Of a stretch of 32,000 nucleotides of DNA, positions 12,477 through 22,088 are shown piece after piece. How positions within the stretch are numbered: the first letter of the stretch is position 1; every line of letters begins with the position of its first letter. This stretch comes from an uncultured bacterium (lineage in GTDB: Bacteria; Auribacterota; JACPWU01), in the NCBI GenBank assembly GCA_964640155.1, contig CAZXEQ010000007.1:60001-92000 (forward strand), given 5' to 3'. The position numbers were made by a program, and so were the translations under genes. The notes beneath the pieces are model-generated. The model was not told where the DNA came from, ran no database searches, and saw only the letters and a program-made list of their open reading frames with translations.

Positions 12477-13027
12477 AAATGGATAGGGGAGTTAAAAATG
12501 CCTATACACTTGTTGAAGTACTCATTGTGGCTTCTATTATTGGTGTTCTTGCGAGTTTCTTACTCAATGCAGCTATTAATAGTCGTAAGAAAGCCAATTT
12601 AACTAAAACACATGCCTTATTAGAATCTATCAGTGCGGCTCTCAGAATGTATCAAGATGATTTTGGTACTTATCCTCCTCAAAACGTGATTTATCGTTAT
12701 GGAACTCAGATTGCTGCTTCATCCGCAGATTGTCTTTATTATTATTTAGGCGCAACTTTTAAAAGAGGGGTGAATGCGTCTATTTTTGCAGGCCCTTATA
12801 TGAAATTTACGGGAGATGAACTTCAAACGACTCAAGTTTCTGCTTGTGATTTTGATGGGGATGGCGCTATTGACGATGATTTAAAAAGAATTTTAGATCC
12901 ATGGGGACAGGCCTTGCGATTTCGTAGTTCACCTACTCAAAATCTTTCAAGTTTCGATCTTTATTCCTTAGGGCCTGATAAGACGAATAATAGTGGATCA
13001 GGAGACGATATTAATAATTGGGAATAA
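12473..13027 (+). CDS. Second GspG-like pseudopilin
   Basis: MKMDRGVKNA|YTLVEVLIVASIIGVLASFLL (Ala instead of Gly at -1, Glu at +5). C-terminus DPWGQALRF...LGPDK...GDDINNW. The ATG at 12473 overlaps the upstream stop (ATGA), so I prefer it to the track's TTG at 12458. Confidence 0.8.
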   Translation: MKMDRGVKNAYTLVEVLIVASIIGVLASFLLNAAINSRKKANLTKTHALLESISAALRMYQDDFGTYPPQNVIYRYGTQIAASSADCLYYYLGATFKRGVNASIFAGPYMKFTGDELQTTQVSACDFDGDGAIDDDLKRILDPWGQALRFRSSPTQNLSSFDLYSLGPDKTNNSGSGDDINNWE

Positions 13028-13091
13028 ACCCTTCGAGAAATGCTGATCTGCTGTGTTTCCTGGCGTGAATTAAAACTTTCAAGGAAATTTA

Positions 13092-13230
13092 TGCGCCATG
13101 CAGGGATCGGCGCCTTCGGGTCTTCGCTTCGCTACGCCCTCCGGTCGGCCACCCGTCCCGACTAGATGTCATCAATCATGCACAGCATGATCGATATTTA
13201 TATTCTGTCGGGGGACTCCATTCGATCCCT
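13092..13230 (-). other. tRNA-appended GC-rich module A (downstream of tRNA-Lys); ends with an 18-nt copy of the tRNA-Lys 3' end
   Basis: Read on the minus strand: AGGGATCGAA (13230-13221), complementary to the tRNA-Lys T-loop TTCGATCCCT. Then GGAGTCCCCCGAC, a 10-bp hairpin (13171-13195), GTCGGGA, the 17-mer CGGGTGGCCGACCGGAG (13155-13139), a small hairpin and GAAGGCGC. It ends with CGATCCCTGCATGGCGCA (13109-13092), identical to 13316-13299. Confidence 0.85.
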
Positions 13231-13298
13231 TCAGGAATACTTTCTAGTCTTTAAGGTAGAATATGCGCGTGATTTATAAGAAGAGAATTTTTGAAAAT

Positions 13299-13371
13299 TG
13301 CGCCATGCAGGGATCGAACCTGCGACCCACTGATTAAGAGTCAGTTGCTCTACCAACTGAGCTAATGGCGC
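13299..13371 (-). tRNA. tRNA-Lys (anticodon CTT)
   Basis: The reverse complement folds as a cloverleaf: GCGCCAT TA GCTC AGTTGGTA GAGC A ACTGA CTCTTAA TCAGT GGGTC GCAGG TTCGATC CCTGC ATGGCGC A. 73 nt, no encoded CCA. Confidence 0.95.
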
Positions 13372-13450
13372 TTTAAATTAAGTCGAAATAATAGCAGGTC
13401 GCCTTCTAAATAGGTAGTCAAAATTTTATCTTTTTTGATACCATCTTATC

Positions 13451-13480
13451 TTGCATTACTTCTCCATCTTGTCTTATATT
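13451..13480 (+). promoter_or_regulatory. Putative promoter of tRNA-Leu
   Basis: TTGCAT (13451-13456), 18-nt spacer, TATATT (13475-13480), 14 nt before the tRNA 5' end. Confidence 0.5.
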
Positions 13481-13493
13481 GTACGTTCTTTAT

Positions 13494-13575
13494 GCCGCGG
13501 TGGCGGAACTGGCAGACGCGTAGGATTTAGGATCCTATGCCGTAAGGCGTGTGGGTTCAAGTCCCTCCCGCGGCA
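13494..13575 (+). tRNA. tRNA-Leu (anticodon TAG), class II with long variable arm
   Basis: GCCGCGG..GCG GAACTGGCAGA CGC G TAGGA TTTAGGA TCCTA TGCCGTAAGGCGT GTGGG TTCAAGT CCCTC CCGCGGC A. 82 nt, no encoded CCA. The T-stem has one T:T mismatch (positions 50:64). Confidence 0.9.
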
Positions 13576-13634
13576 AGGAATTGGAATAAGAATTTTTTGA
13601 AAAGAAAGCTCACAGACTTTTGGTTCTTTACGTT

Positions 13635-13762
13635 GGGACTTGAAGGGAGCCCCGACACTTTAATGATGCACATCTGCCAGCGGCCGATGTGCGACGTTTA
13701 GTTGGGGCGGGTGGCCGACCGGAGTCCCAAAGGGACGGAGGCGCCAAGTCCCTCCCGCGGCA
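13635..13762 (+). other. tRNA-appended GC-rich module B (downstream of tRNA-Leu); ends with an 18-nt copy of the tRNA-Leu 3' end
   Basis: GGGACTTGAA (13635-13644), complementary to the tRNA-Leu T-loop TTCAAGTCCC. Then GGGAGCCCCGAC, a hairpin (13668-13692), GTTGGGGC, the 17-mer CGGGTGGCCGACCGGAG (13708-13724), hairpin GTCCC-aaa-GGGAC and CGGAGGCGC. It ends with CAAGTCCCTCCCGCGGCA (13745-13762), identical to 13558-13575. Confidence 0.85.
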
Positions 13763-13785
13763 GAATTTGTGGATTAAATGTTCAG

Positions 13786-13825
13786 TCCTCGCTTCACTTG
13801 AAGAGAGGATGGGATTAAGTTTTTG
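13786..13825 (+). terminator. Possible intrinsic terminator after module B
   Basis: Hairpin TCCTC-g-CTTC actt GAAG-a-GAGGA (13786-13809). A T5 run begins at 13820, displaced about 10 nt from the stem. Confidence 0.35.
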
Positions 13826-13831
13826 AAAATG

Positions 13832-13859
13832 TTGTAAATTCTTAAATACACGCTATAAT
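13832..13859 (+). promoter_or_regulatory. Putative promoter of tRNA-Gly
   Basis: TTGTAA (13832-13837), 16-nt spacer, TATAAT (13854-13859). Confidence 0.5.
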
Positions 13860-13897
13860 TATGCCTCATTTTAGAATTTAGGTTTTTGATTTAGAAA

Positions 13898-13972
13898 GCG
13901 GCGGTAATTCAGGGGTAGAATGCCTGCTTGCCAAGCAGGATGTCGTGGGTTCAAATCCCATCCGCCGCTCCA
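13898..13972 (+). tRNA. tRNA-Gly (anticodon GCC), CCA encoded
   Basis: GCGGCGG TA ATTC AGGGGTA GAAT G CCTGC TTGCCAA GCAGG ATGTC GTGGG TTCAAAT CCCAT CCGCCGC T CCA. Confidence 0.95.
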
Positions 13973-14027
13973 ACTGTTTAGTAAGAATATAGCGAAGGAA
14001 TGTTGCTAGTTTTAAGAGCGTCACAGA

Positions 14028-14196
14028 GGGATTTGAATAGGAGGCCCGACCAAAATATTAGTAAATCATGCAGTGCATGATTTGCGACTACTAGGAGGGC
14101 CGGGTGGCCGACCGGAGGGTGAGTCCTGAAAGGACGAATCCCGGAGGCGCCAAATCCCATCCGCCGCTCCAACTGTTTAGTGAGAATATAGCGAAG
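14028..14196 (+). other. tRNA-appended GC-rich module C (downstream of tRNA-Gly); ends with a 46-nt copy of the tRNA-Gly 3' end plus trailer
   Basis: GGGATTTGAA (14028-14037), complementary to the tRNA-Gly T-loop TTCAAATCCC. Then GGAGGCCCGAC, a hairpin (14063-14083), GGGCC, the 17-mer CGGGTGGCCGACCGGAG (14101-14117), hairpin GTCCT-gaa-AGGAC and CGGAGGCGC. It ends with CAAATCCCATCCGCCGCTCCAACTGTTTAGTGAGAATATAGCGAAG (14151-14196), which matches 13952-13997 with one mismatch. Confidence 0.85.
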
Positions 14197-14298
14197 TTCC
14201 CTTCTAAGCTAAGAGGGGTGAGGGGAGTTATAAAAAAGTAACCCCTCAAACTCCCCTTTGAAATAAAAGGGAGAATATAAAATAAATAGGAGTTCTTT

Positions 14299-15549
14299 GT
14301 GAAAGTTGTTGTTGAAGATCAAAAGCCTTGTCAAAAAGTTTTAAAGATTCAATATCCAGCTGAGAAATTAAAGTCGGAACATCAAACGATGCTCACTGAA
14401 TTTCAAAAGCAGGCAAAGATTCCAGGGTTTCGACCGGGTAAAGCTCCTATTAAAACAGTCGAAACAAAATTTTTTGATGATATTAAGTCAGAAGTTTTGA
14501 GAAAAATTTTGCCTGAGATTTGTAAAGAGGCTTTGCAATCGGAAAAAGTTTTAGCTGTCAGTGATCCTTCTGTGGATCAGATGGAATATGATTTAGAAAA
14601 AGGACTCTCATTTCGTGCTGTTGTAGATATTCCTGCCAAAGTCACTTTGCCTGATTATAAGAAGATTAAACTAGAAAAAAAATCGACTGAAGTTACAGAG
14701 GAAGATATTCAAAAAGCCATCGATGGTCTTCGTGAACATCATGGCGTTTTTGAGCCCGTTGCGCCGCGTCCCCTACAATTAGGAGATTTTGCGATTGTTG
14801 ATTATACTTCTGTGAGTCATGAGAAAACGCCTAAAAGAGATCATCGAAAAAATGTTTTAATCTCTATTCAGAAGGAAGGAGAAAATCATTTAACGGATCA
14901 ATTGATTGGGCTAAAGCCAGGGGAGTCAAAGCAAGTTGTTTTGAAAGCAGAACACGAGCATCCTGAAATGATCTTTGATGTAAAACTTCATGAGATTAAA
15001 CAGAAAAAACTTCCTGAATTAGATAGTGAATTTTTGAAAACTTTGGGTGAAGTTAAAACAGTAGATGAACTTCGCGAAAAAGTGAAGTCAGATATCAGTT
15101 CTTATCGTGAAAATGCATCGCAAGAGGCTTTAAAAAATGAAGCCATTAAAATCTTAAGTGAAAGAGTAGATTTTGATGTTCCTGCATCTCAGGTGAGTCA
15201 TGAGTCTGAGAAGCTTTACACAGAGCTTGTGAATCGTGTGCGACAAGGAGCTGTTTCATCCAAGAGTTTGCAAGATCCACAAGTGCTTAAAGAGCTAGAA
15301 GCCGAAGCCAAAAGAAGAGTCAAAGTGGCTTATTTATTGTATGAAATTGCTCAGAAAGAAAACTTAAAAGTCTCGGATGATGAGTTGAATCAAGATTTAG
15401 AAAAGGCAGCACAAAAATTAGGAAAAAATGTAGAAGAGATTCGTGCTGATTTTGAAAAAAATAATCGCTTAGAAGCTTTAAGAGCCAGACTCACTCAAGA
15501 TAAGGTTATAGATTTCATTTTGAAGAGTGCTATAATCAAAAATCAGTAA
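14299..15549 (+). CDS. tig: Trigger factor
   Basis: 416 aa. GFRPGKAP ribosome-binding signature near the N-terminus. GTG start preceded by AGGAG. Lies upstream of clpP-clpX as in many bacteria. Confidence 0.95.
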   Translation: MKVVVEDQKPCQKVLKIQYPAEKLKSEHQTMLTEFQKQAKIPGFRPGKAPIKTVETKFFDDIKSEVLRKILPEICKEALQSEKVLAVSDPSVDQMEYDLEKGLSFRAVVDIPAKVTLPDYKKIKLEKKSTEVTEEDIQKAIDGLREHHGVFEPVAPRPLQLGDFAIVDYTSVSHEKTPKRDHRKNVLISIQKEGENHLTDQLIGLKPGESKQVVLKAEHEHPEMIFDVKLHEIKQKKLPELDSEFLKTLGEVKTVDELREKVKSDISSYRENASQEALKNEAIKILSERVDFDVPASQVSHESEKLYTELVNRVRQGAVSSKSLQDPQVLKELEAEAKRRVKVAYLLYEIAQKENLKVSDDELNQDLEKAAQKLGKNVEEIRADFEKNNRLEALRARLTQDKVIDFILKSAIIKNQ

Positions 15550-15579
15550 CATAGTTCTTAGCCCTGAATAGGAGATCCA

Positions 15580-16194
15580 ATGACATTAATACCTTTTGTA
15601 GTTGAGCAATCGGGTCGGATGGAACGTTCGTATGATATTTATTCTCGCCTTTTAAAAGACAGAATTATTTTTATTGGAACTCCAATTGATGACAATGTCG
15701 CGAACGTTGTTGTAGCACAAATGCTTTTTCTTCAAACGGAAGATCCAGACAAAGACATTAATGTTTATATTAATAGTCCCGGGGGATCGGTCACAGCAGG
15801 TTTGGCCATTTACGATACAATGCAATTTGTAAAATGTGATGTCACGACTTATTGCTTAGGTCAGGCGTCGAGCATGGGATCGCTTTTGTTATGTGCAGGT
15901 GAAAAAGGAAAGCGTTATGCATTGGCTCATTCGAGAATCATGATTCATCAACCTTGGGGTGGGGTGCAAGGTACAGCCAGTGATATTCATATTCAGGCTC
16001 AGGAAATTTTAAGACTAAAAGAAGAATTGAATAAGATTCTGTCTTTTCATACAGGACAACCTTTAGAAAAAGTTGTTCAAGATACTGATCGAGATCATTT
16101 TATGTCGGCAGAAGAAGCTTTAACTTATGGGCTTGTAGATAAAGTGGTGAAGGGCCCTCTGGAAACAGGGACAGCTTCTCCTAAGAAGGAATAG
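15580..16194 (+). CDS. clpP: ATP-dependent Clp protease proteolytic subunit
   Basis: [25 protein letters not shown] (catalytic Ser), HQP (His) and DRD motifs. Confidence 0.97.
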   Translation: MTLIPFVVEQSGRMERSYDIYSRLLKDRIIFIGTPIDDNVANVVVAQMLFLQTEDPDKDINVYINSPGGSVTAGLAIYDTMQFVKCDVTTYCLGQASSMGSLLLCAGEKGKRYALAHSRIMIHQPWGGVQGTASDIHIQAQEILRLKEELNKILSFHTGQPLEKVVQDTDRDHFMSAEEALTYGLVDKVVKGPLETGTASPKKE

Positions 16195-16199
16195 ATAAA

Positions 16200-17459
16200 A
16201 TGAAAAAAACAACCGACGGCGATCTTTCTGAATGTTCCTTTTGTGGCAAAGGCCAAGAAGAGGTGAGGAAACTCATCATGGGGCCGGGTGTCTATATTTG
16301 TGATGAATGTGTCAAAAGATGTGAAGATATTTTAGGGCGTGATACCAGTTTTGCCAAAAAGAAACAAAGAGATCAGCTCAAAGTTCCCAAACCCAGTTTT
16401 ATTAAGAAAAAATTGGATGAATATGTTATTGGGCAAGAACGTGCTAAGAAAGCTTTGTCTGTTGCCGTACATAATCATTATAAGAGAATTAACACAGGAG
16501 TGTTGGCGGCGGATGAAGTTGAATTAGAAAAGAGCAATATTTTACTCATCGGACCAACAGGGAGTGGAAAGACTTTATTGGCGAGAACTCTGGCCAGAAT
16601 TTTGGATGTTCCTTTTTGTATGGCAGATGCGACAACACTCACTGAAGCAGGTTACGTCGGAGAAGATGTTGAAAATATTTTGCTTAAATTGCTAATGGCC
16701 TCTGATTTTGATGTTTCTCGCGCAGAAGTAGGAATTGTCTATATTGATGAAATAGACAAAGTTCGTCGTACAACAGAGAATGTTTCTATTACGCGAGATG
16801 TTTCGGGTGAAGGCGTTCAACAAGCCTTGCTCAAAATCTTAGAAGGCACAGTTGCGAATGTTCCTCCTCAAGGCGGTCGTAAACATCCGCATCAAGAATA
16901 TATTCAGGTAAACACTGAACACATCCTTTTTATTTGTGGGGGAGCTTTTACAGATTTAGAAAAAGTGATTCAAAGAAGATTAGGAAATAAGATAGTAGGA
17001 TTTGGTGCTGAGATTAAAACTTCTGAGGAACGAAGAAAGCATGAAATTCTTTCCATGGTTGAACCTGAGGACTTGATTCGTTTTGGAATGATTCCTGAGT
17101 TTATCGGTCGTTTGCCTGTGACTGGAGTTTTAGAAGGTTTAAGAGAGTCGGATTTGATTCATATTTTGACAGAACCAAAGAATGCCCTGGTTAAGCAATA
17201 TCAAAAGCTTTTTAAATTAGAAGGTGTAGACTTAAAATTCACCGATGATGCTTTGAAAATGTTAGCGAAGATTGCGATTCAAAAGGGAACAGGGGCGCGC
17301 GCGCTTCGAGCGATTTTAGAAGATATTATGATGGATATGATGTTTGAGATTCCTTCAAGAGAAGATGTGACGGAGTGTTTAGTCACTGAAGAAGTGGTAT
17401 TAAAAAAAGGTTCTCCAAATCTTACATTGAATCAAGAAGTTAAGAAAAGAATTGCCTAG
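16200..17459 (+). CDS. clpX: ATP-dependent Clp protease ATP-binding subunit ClpX
   Basis: N-terminal zinc finger CSFCGK...CDEC, Walker A GPTGSGKT, Walker B YIDEIDK, and GARALR near the C-terminus. Confidence 0.97.
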   Translation: MKKTTDGDLSECSFCGKGQEEVRKLIMGPGVYICDECVKRCEDILGRDTSFAKKKQRDQLKVPKPSFIKKKLDEYVIGQERAKKALSVAVHNHYKRINTGVLAADEVELEKSNILLIGPTGSGKTLLARTLARILDVPFCMADATTLTEAGYVGEDVENILLKLLMASDFDVSRAEVGIVYIDEIDKVRRTTENVSITRDVSGEGVQQALLKILEGTVANVPPQGGRKHPHQEYIQVNTEHILFICGGAFTDLEKVIQRRLGNKIVGFGAEIKTSEERRKHEILSMVEPEDLIRFGMIPEFIGRLPVTGVLEGLRESDLIHILTEPKNALVKQYQKLFKLEGVDLKFTDDALKMLAKIAIQKGTGARALRAILEDIMMDMMFEIPSREDVTECLVTEEVVLKKGSPNLTLNQEVKKRIA

Positions 17460-17491
17460 CTCTCTTAAAACAGGGCTAAGAGTTAAGGGCT

Positions 17492-17537
17492 AAGGGCTAA
17501 AAAAGAGATCAAGAATTTCTTTTAGTCTTTAGCCCTT
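17492..17537 (+). terminator. Long hairpin downstream of clpX (probable terminator)
   Basis: AAGGGCTAAA (17492-17501) pairs with TTTAGCCCTT (17528-17537). An inner AAAAGA/TCTTTT helix is present. Followed by TTGATTCT, a weak U-tract. Confidence 0.45.
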
Positions 17538-17629
17538 GATTCTGCTAAGACATAAAATGAATTTGGTTTGACGTGTAACGGAAAACTGGTCACAGGTAAC
17601 GTTATTTTTTATTGTTGAAAGGAAGAATT

Positions 17630-20502
<2,873 letters not shown>

Positions 20503-20536
20503 ACGCAGTATACGCGCCACGCAAGACGGTTTTTTG

Positions 20537-21235
20537 ATGAACATTCCTCAGCATATCGCAATTATCATGGATGGGAACGGTCGATGGGCAAAGGCCAGAG
20601 GGCGTTTGCGCATTGCAGGACATCGGGCGGGGATAAAATCAGTTCGAGAAGTTGTTCAAGCATGTGGGGAATGGGGGGTAAAGTATCTTACTCTTTATTC
20701 CTTTTCTGTGGAAAATTGGAAACGTCCTCGTTCTGAAGTATCTGCTTTGATGAGTTTATTAAAAAGATTTTTGAGAAGTGAATTAGCAGAACTTATGAAA
20801 AATGGTGTTCGGCTTCAAACCATTGGGCGAACAACAGATCTTCCTCTTCCCATTAGACGAGAGCTCCAGAGCGTTATTCGTGAAACAAAAGATAATAAAG
20901 GTTTAACATTGGTTCTTGCTTTAAGCTATGGAGGAAGAGCAGAGATTATTGATGCAGTTCAGGAAATTGCCAAAGAAGTTTTAAAAGGGGATTTAAAATT
21001 AGAAAAGATTGACGAATCAGTTTTAGCAAGTCATCTTTATACAAGAGATATCCCTGATCCAGAATTATTAATACGTACCAGTGGAGAAATGAGAGTTTCT
21101 AATTTTCTGCTCTGGCAGATTTCATATTCTGAAATTTGGGTAACGGAAACTTTATGGCCTGATTTTAATCGCGATGAATTGTGGAAGGCCATTGAAGATT
21201 ATTCAAAAAGAAATAGAAGGTTTGGAGGCGTTTGA
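20537..21235 (+). CDS. uppS: Undecaprenyl diphosphate synthase (cis-prenyltransferase)
   Basis: HIAIIMDGNGRWA, FSVENWKRP, and RTSGEMRVSNFLLWQ motifs. I prefer ATG at 20537 because the track's upstream extension overlaps purA. Confidence 0.93.
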   Translation: MNIPQHIAIIMDGNGRWAKARGRLRIAGHRAGIKSVREVVQACGEWGVKYLTLYSFSVENWKRPRSEVSALMSLLKRFLRSELAELMKNGVRLQTIGRTTDLPLPIRRELQSVIRETKDNKGLTLVLALSYGGRAEIIDAVQEIAKEVLKGDLKLEKIDESVLASHLYTRDIPDPELLIRTSGEMRVSNFLLWQISYSEIWVTETLWPDFNRDELWKAIEDYSKRNRRFGGV

Positions 21236-21251
21236 GACGTCTTTTTAAAAT

Positions 21252-22088
21252 ATGTTCCAGCAACGATTTTTAACATCCATTGTTCTTATTTTTCTGGTGC
21301 CATTTCTGATTTTTTTGGCGCCGTGGCCGCTCTTTCTTGGAATGTGTATTTTTCTGGTGAGTGTGGCTTTGAGAGAATTTTATTCCATGATGGATAAAAA
21401 GGGTTTATATCCTTTGGTTTTTTTTGGAATTTTTTCTGGAATTATTGTTATTTTGACTCAATTTGTGTCCATTCGTTATCCAGCGGTTAATCGTGAGTTT
21501 GATTTAAATTCATTAACAACATTTTTGATTGTGATGGGCGTTTTACTTGTTGTTCTTTCGCGTTTTGGAAAAGTTCAGGTCATTTCATGCATTGCAAGCA
21601 CGCTATTGGGCGTTTTTTATGTGGCCTGGCTTTTTAGTTTTTTAATTAAAATTCGCTATTTCCCAGGAGGCATGGGACATTGGTTTTTGTTATTCGTTCT
21701 TTTAGTCACCAAAGTGACTGATATTGCAGCTTATATCGTAGGAAGCCTTATAGGAAAAAAGAAGTTGGTTCCATCCATTAGTCCTGGAAAGACCGTTGAA
21801 GGTGCCATCGGAGGCTTTTTAGGGGCCATTGGACTTGGGAGTTTACTTTTTGTTTTATTGAAGTCGAAACTTGCTCCTTTGGAATGGCATGATATTTTAT
21901 TTTTAAGTGGTTTATTTGGTTTTTTTTCTCAGCTCGGAGATATTATTGAATCTTCTTTAAAAAGAGATGCAGGAGTTAAAGATTCTGGAAGTATTTTGCC
22001 TGGCATGGGCGGTTTTTTAGATCTTTTAGATAGTATCTTAATCACAGTTCCGTTGATGTATTTTTATATGCTGGGAAGTATTTTATGA
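21252..22088 (+). CDS. cdsA: Phosphatidate cytidylyltransferase, with a divergent signature
   Basis: Polytopic membrane protein. The C-terminal signature SSLKRDAGVKDSGSILPGMGGFLDLLDS is related to S..KR....KD......PGHGG..DR.DS. Syntenic position between uppS and dxr. Confidence 0.88.
   Translation: MFQQRFLTSIVLIFLVPFLIFLAPWPLFLGMCIFLVSVALREFYSMMDKKGLYPLVFFGIFSGIIVILTQFVSIRYPAVNREFDLNSLTTFLIVMGVLLVVLSRFGKVQVISCIASTLLGVFYVAWLFSFLIKIRYFPGGMGHWFLLFVLLVTKVTDIAAYIVGSLIGKKKLVPSISPGKTVEGAIGGFLGAIGLGSLLFVLLKSKLAPLEWHDILFLSGLFGFFSQLGDIIESSLKRDAGVKDSGSILPGMGGFLDLLDSILITVPLMYFYMLGSIL

Noticed and set aside
13978-14172. Minus-strand ORF of 64 aa (MERRMGFGASGIRPF...)
   Set aside because: It lies entirely over module C and the tRNA-Gly 3'-end copy. 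Its openness comes from the GC-rich structured sequence. The homologous modules A and B do not conserve any reading frame.
13092-14196. The tRNA-appended modules as tRNA introns, tmRNA, T-box leaders, CRISPR repeats or pseudo-tRNAs
   Set aside because: Each upstream tRNA is already complete and uninterrupted, and the module ends lack group I (omega-G) or group II (AY) boundary features. There is no tmRNA-like 5' acceptor strand or tag ORF, no T-box sequence or specifier architecture, no regular repeat-spacer periodicity, and no 5' half of a cloverleaf. So none of these known classes fits.
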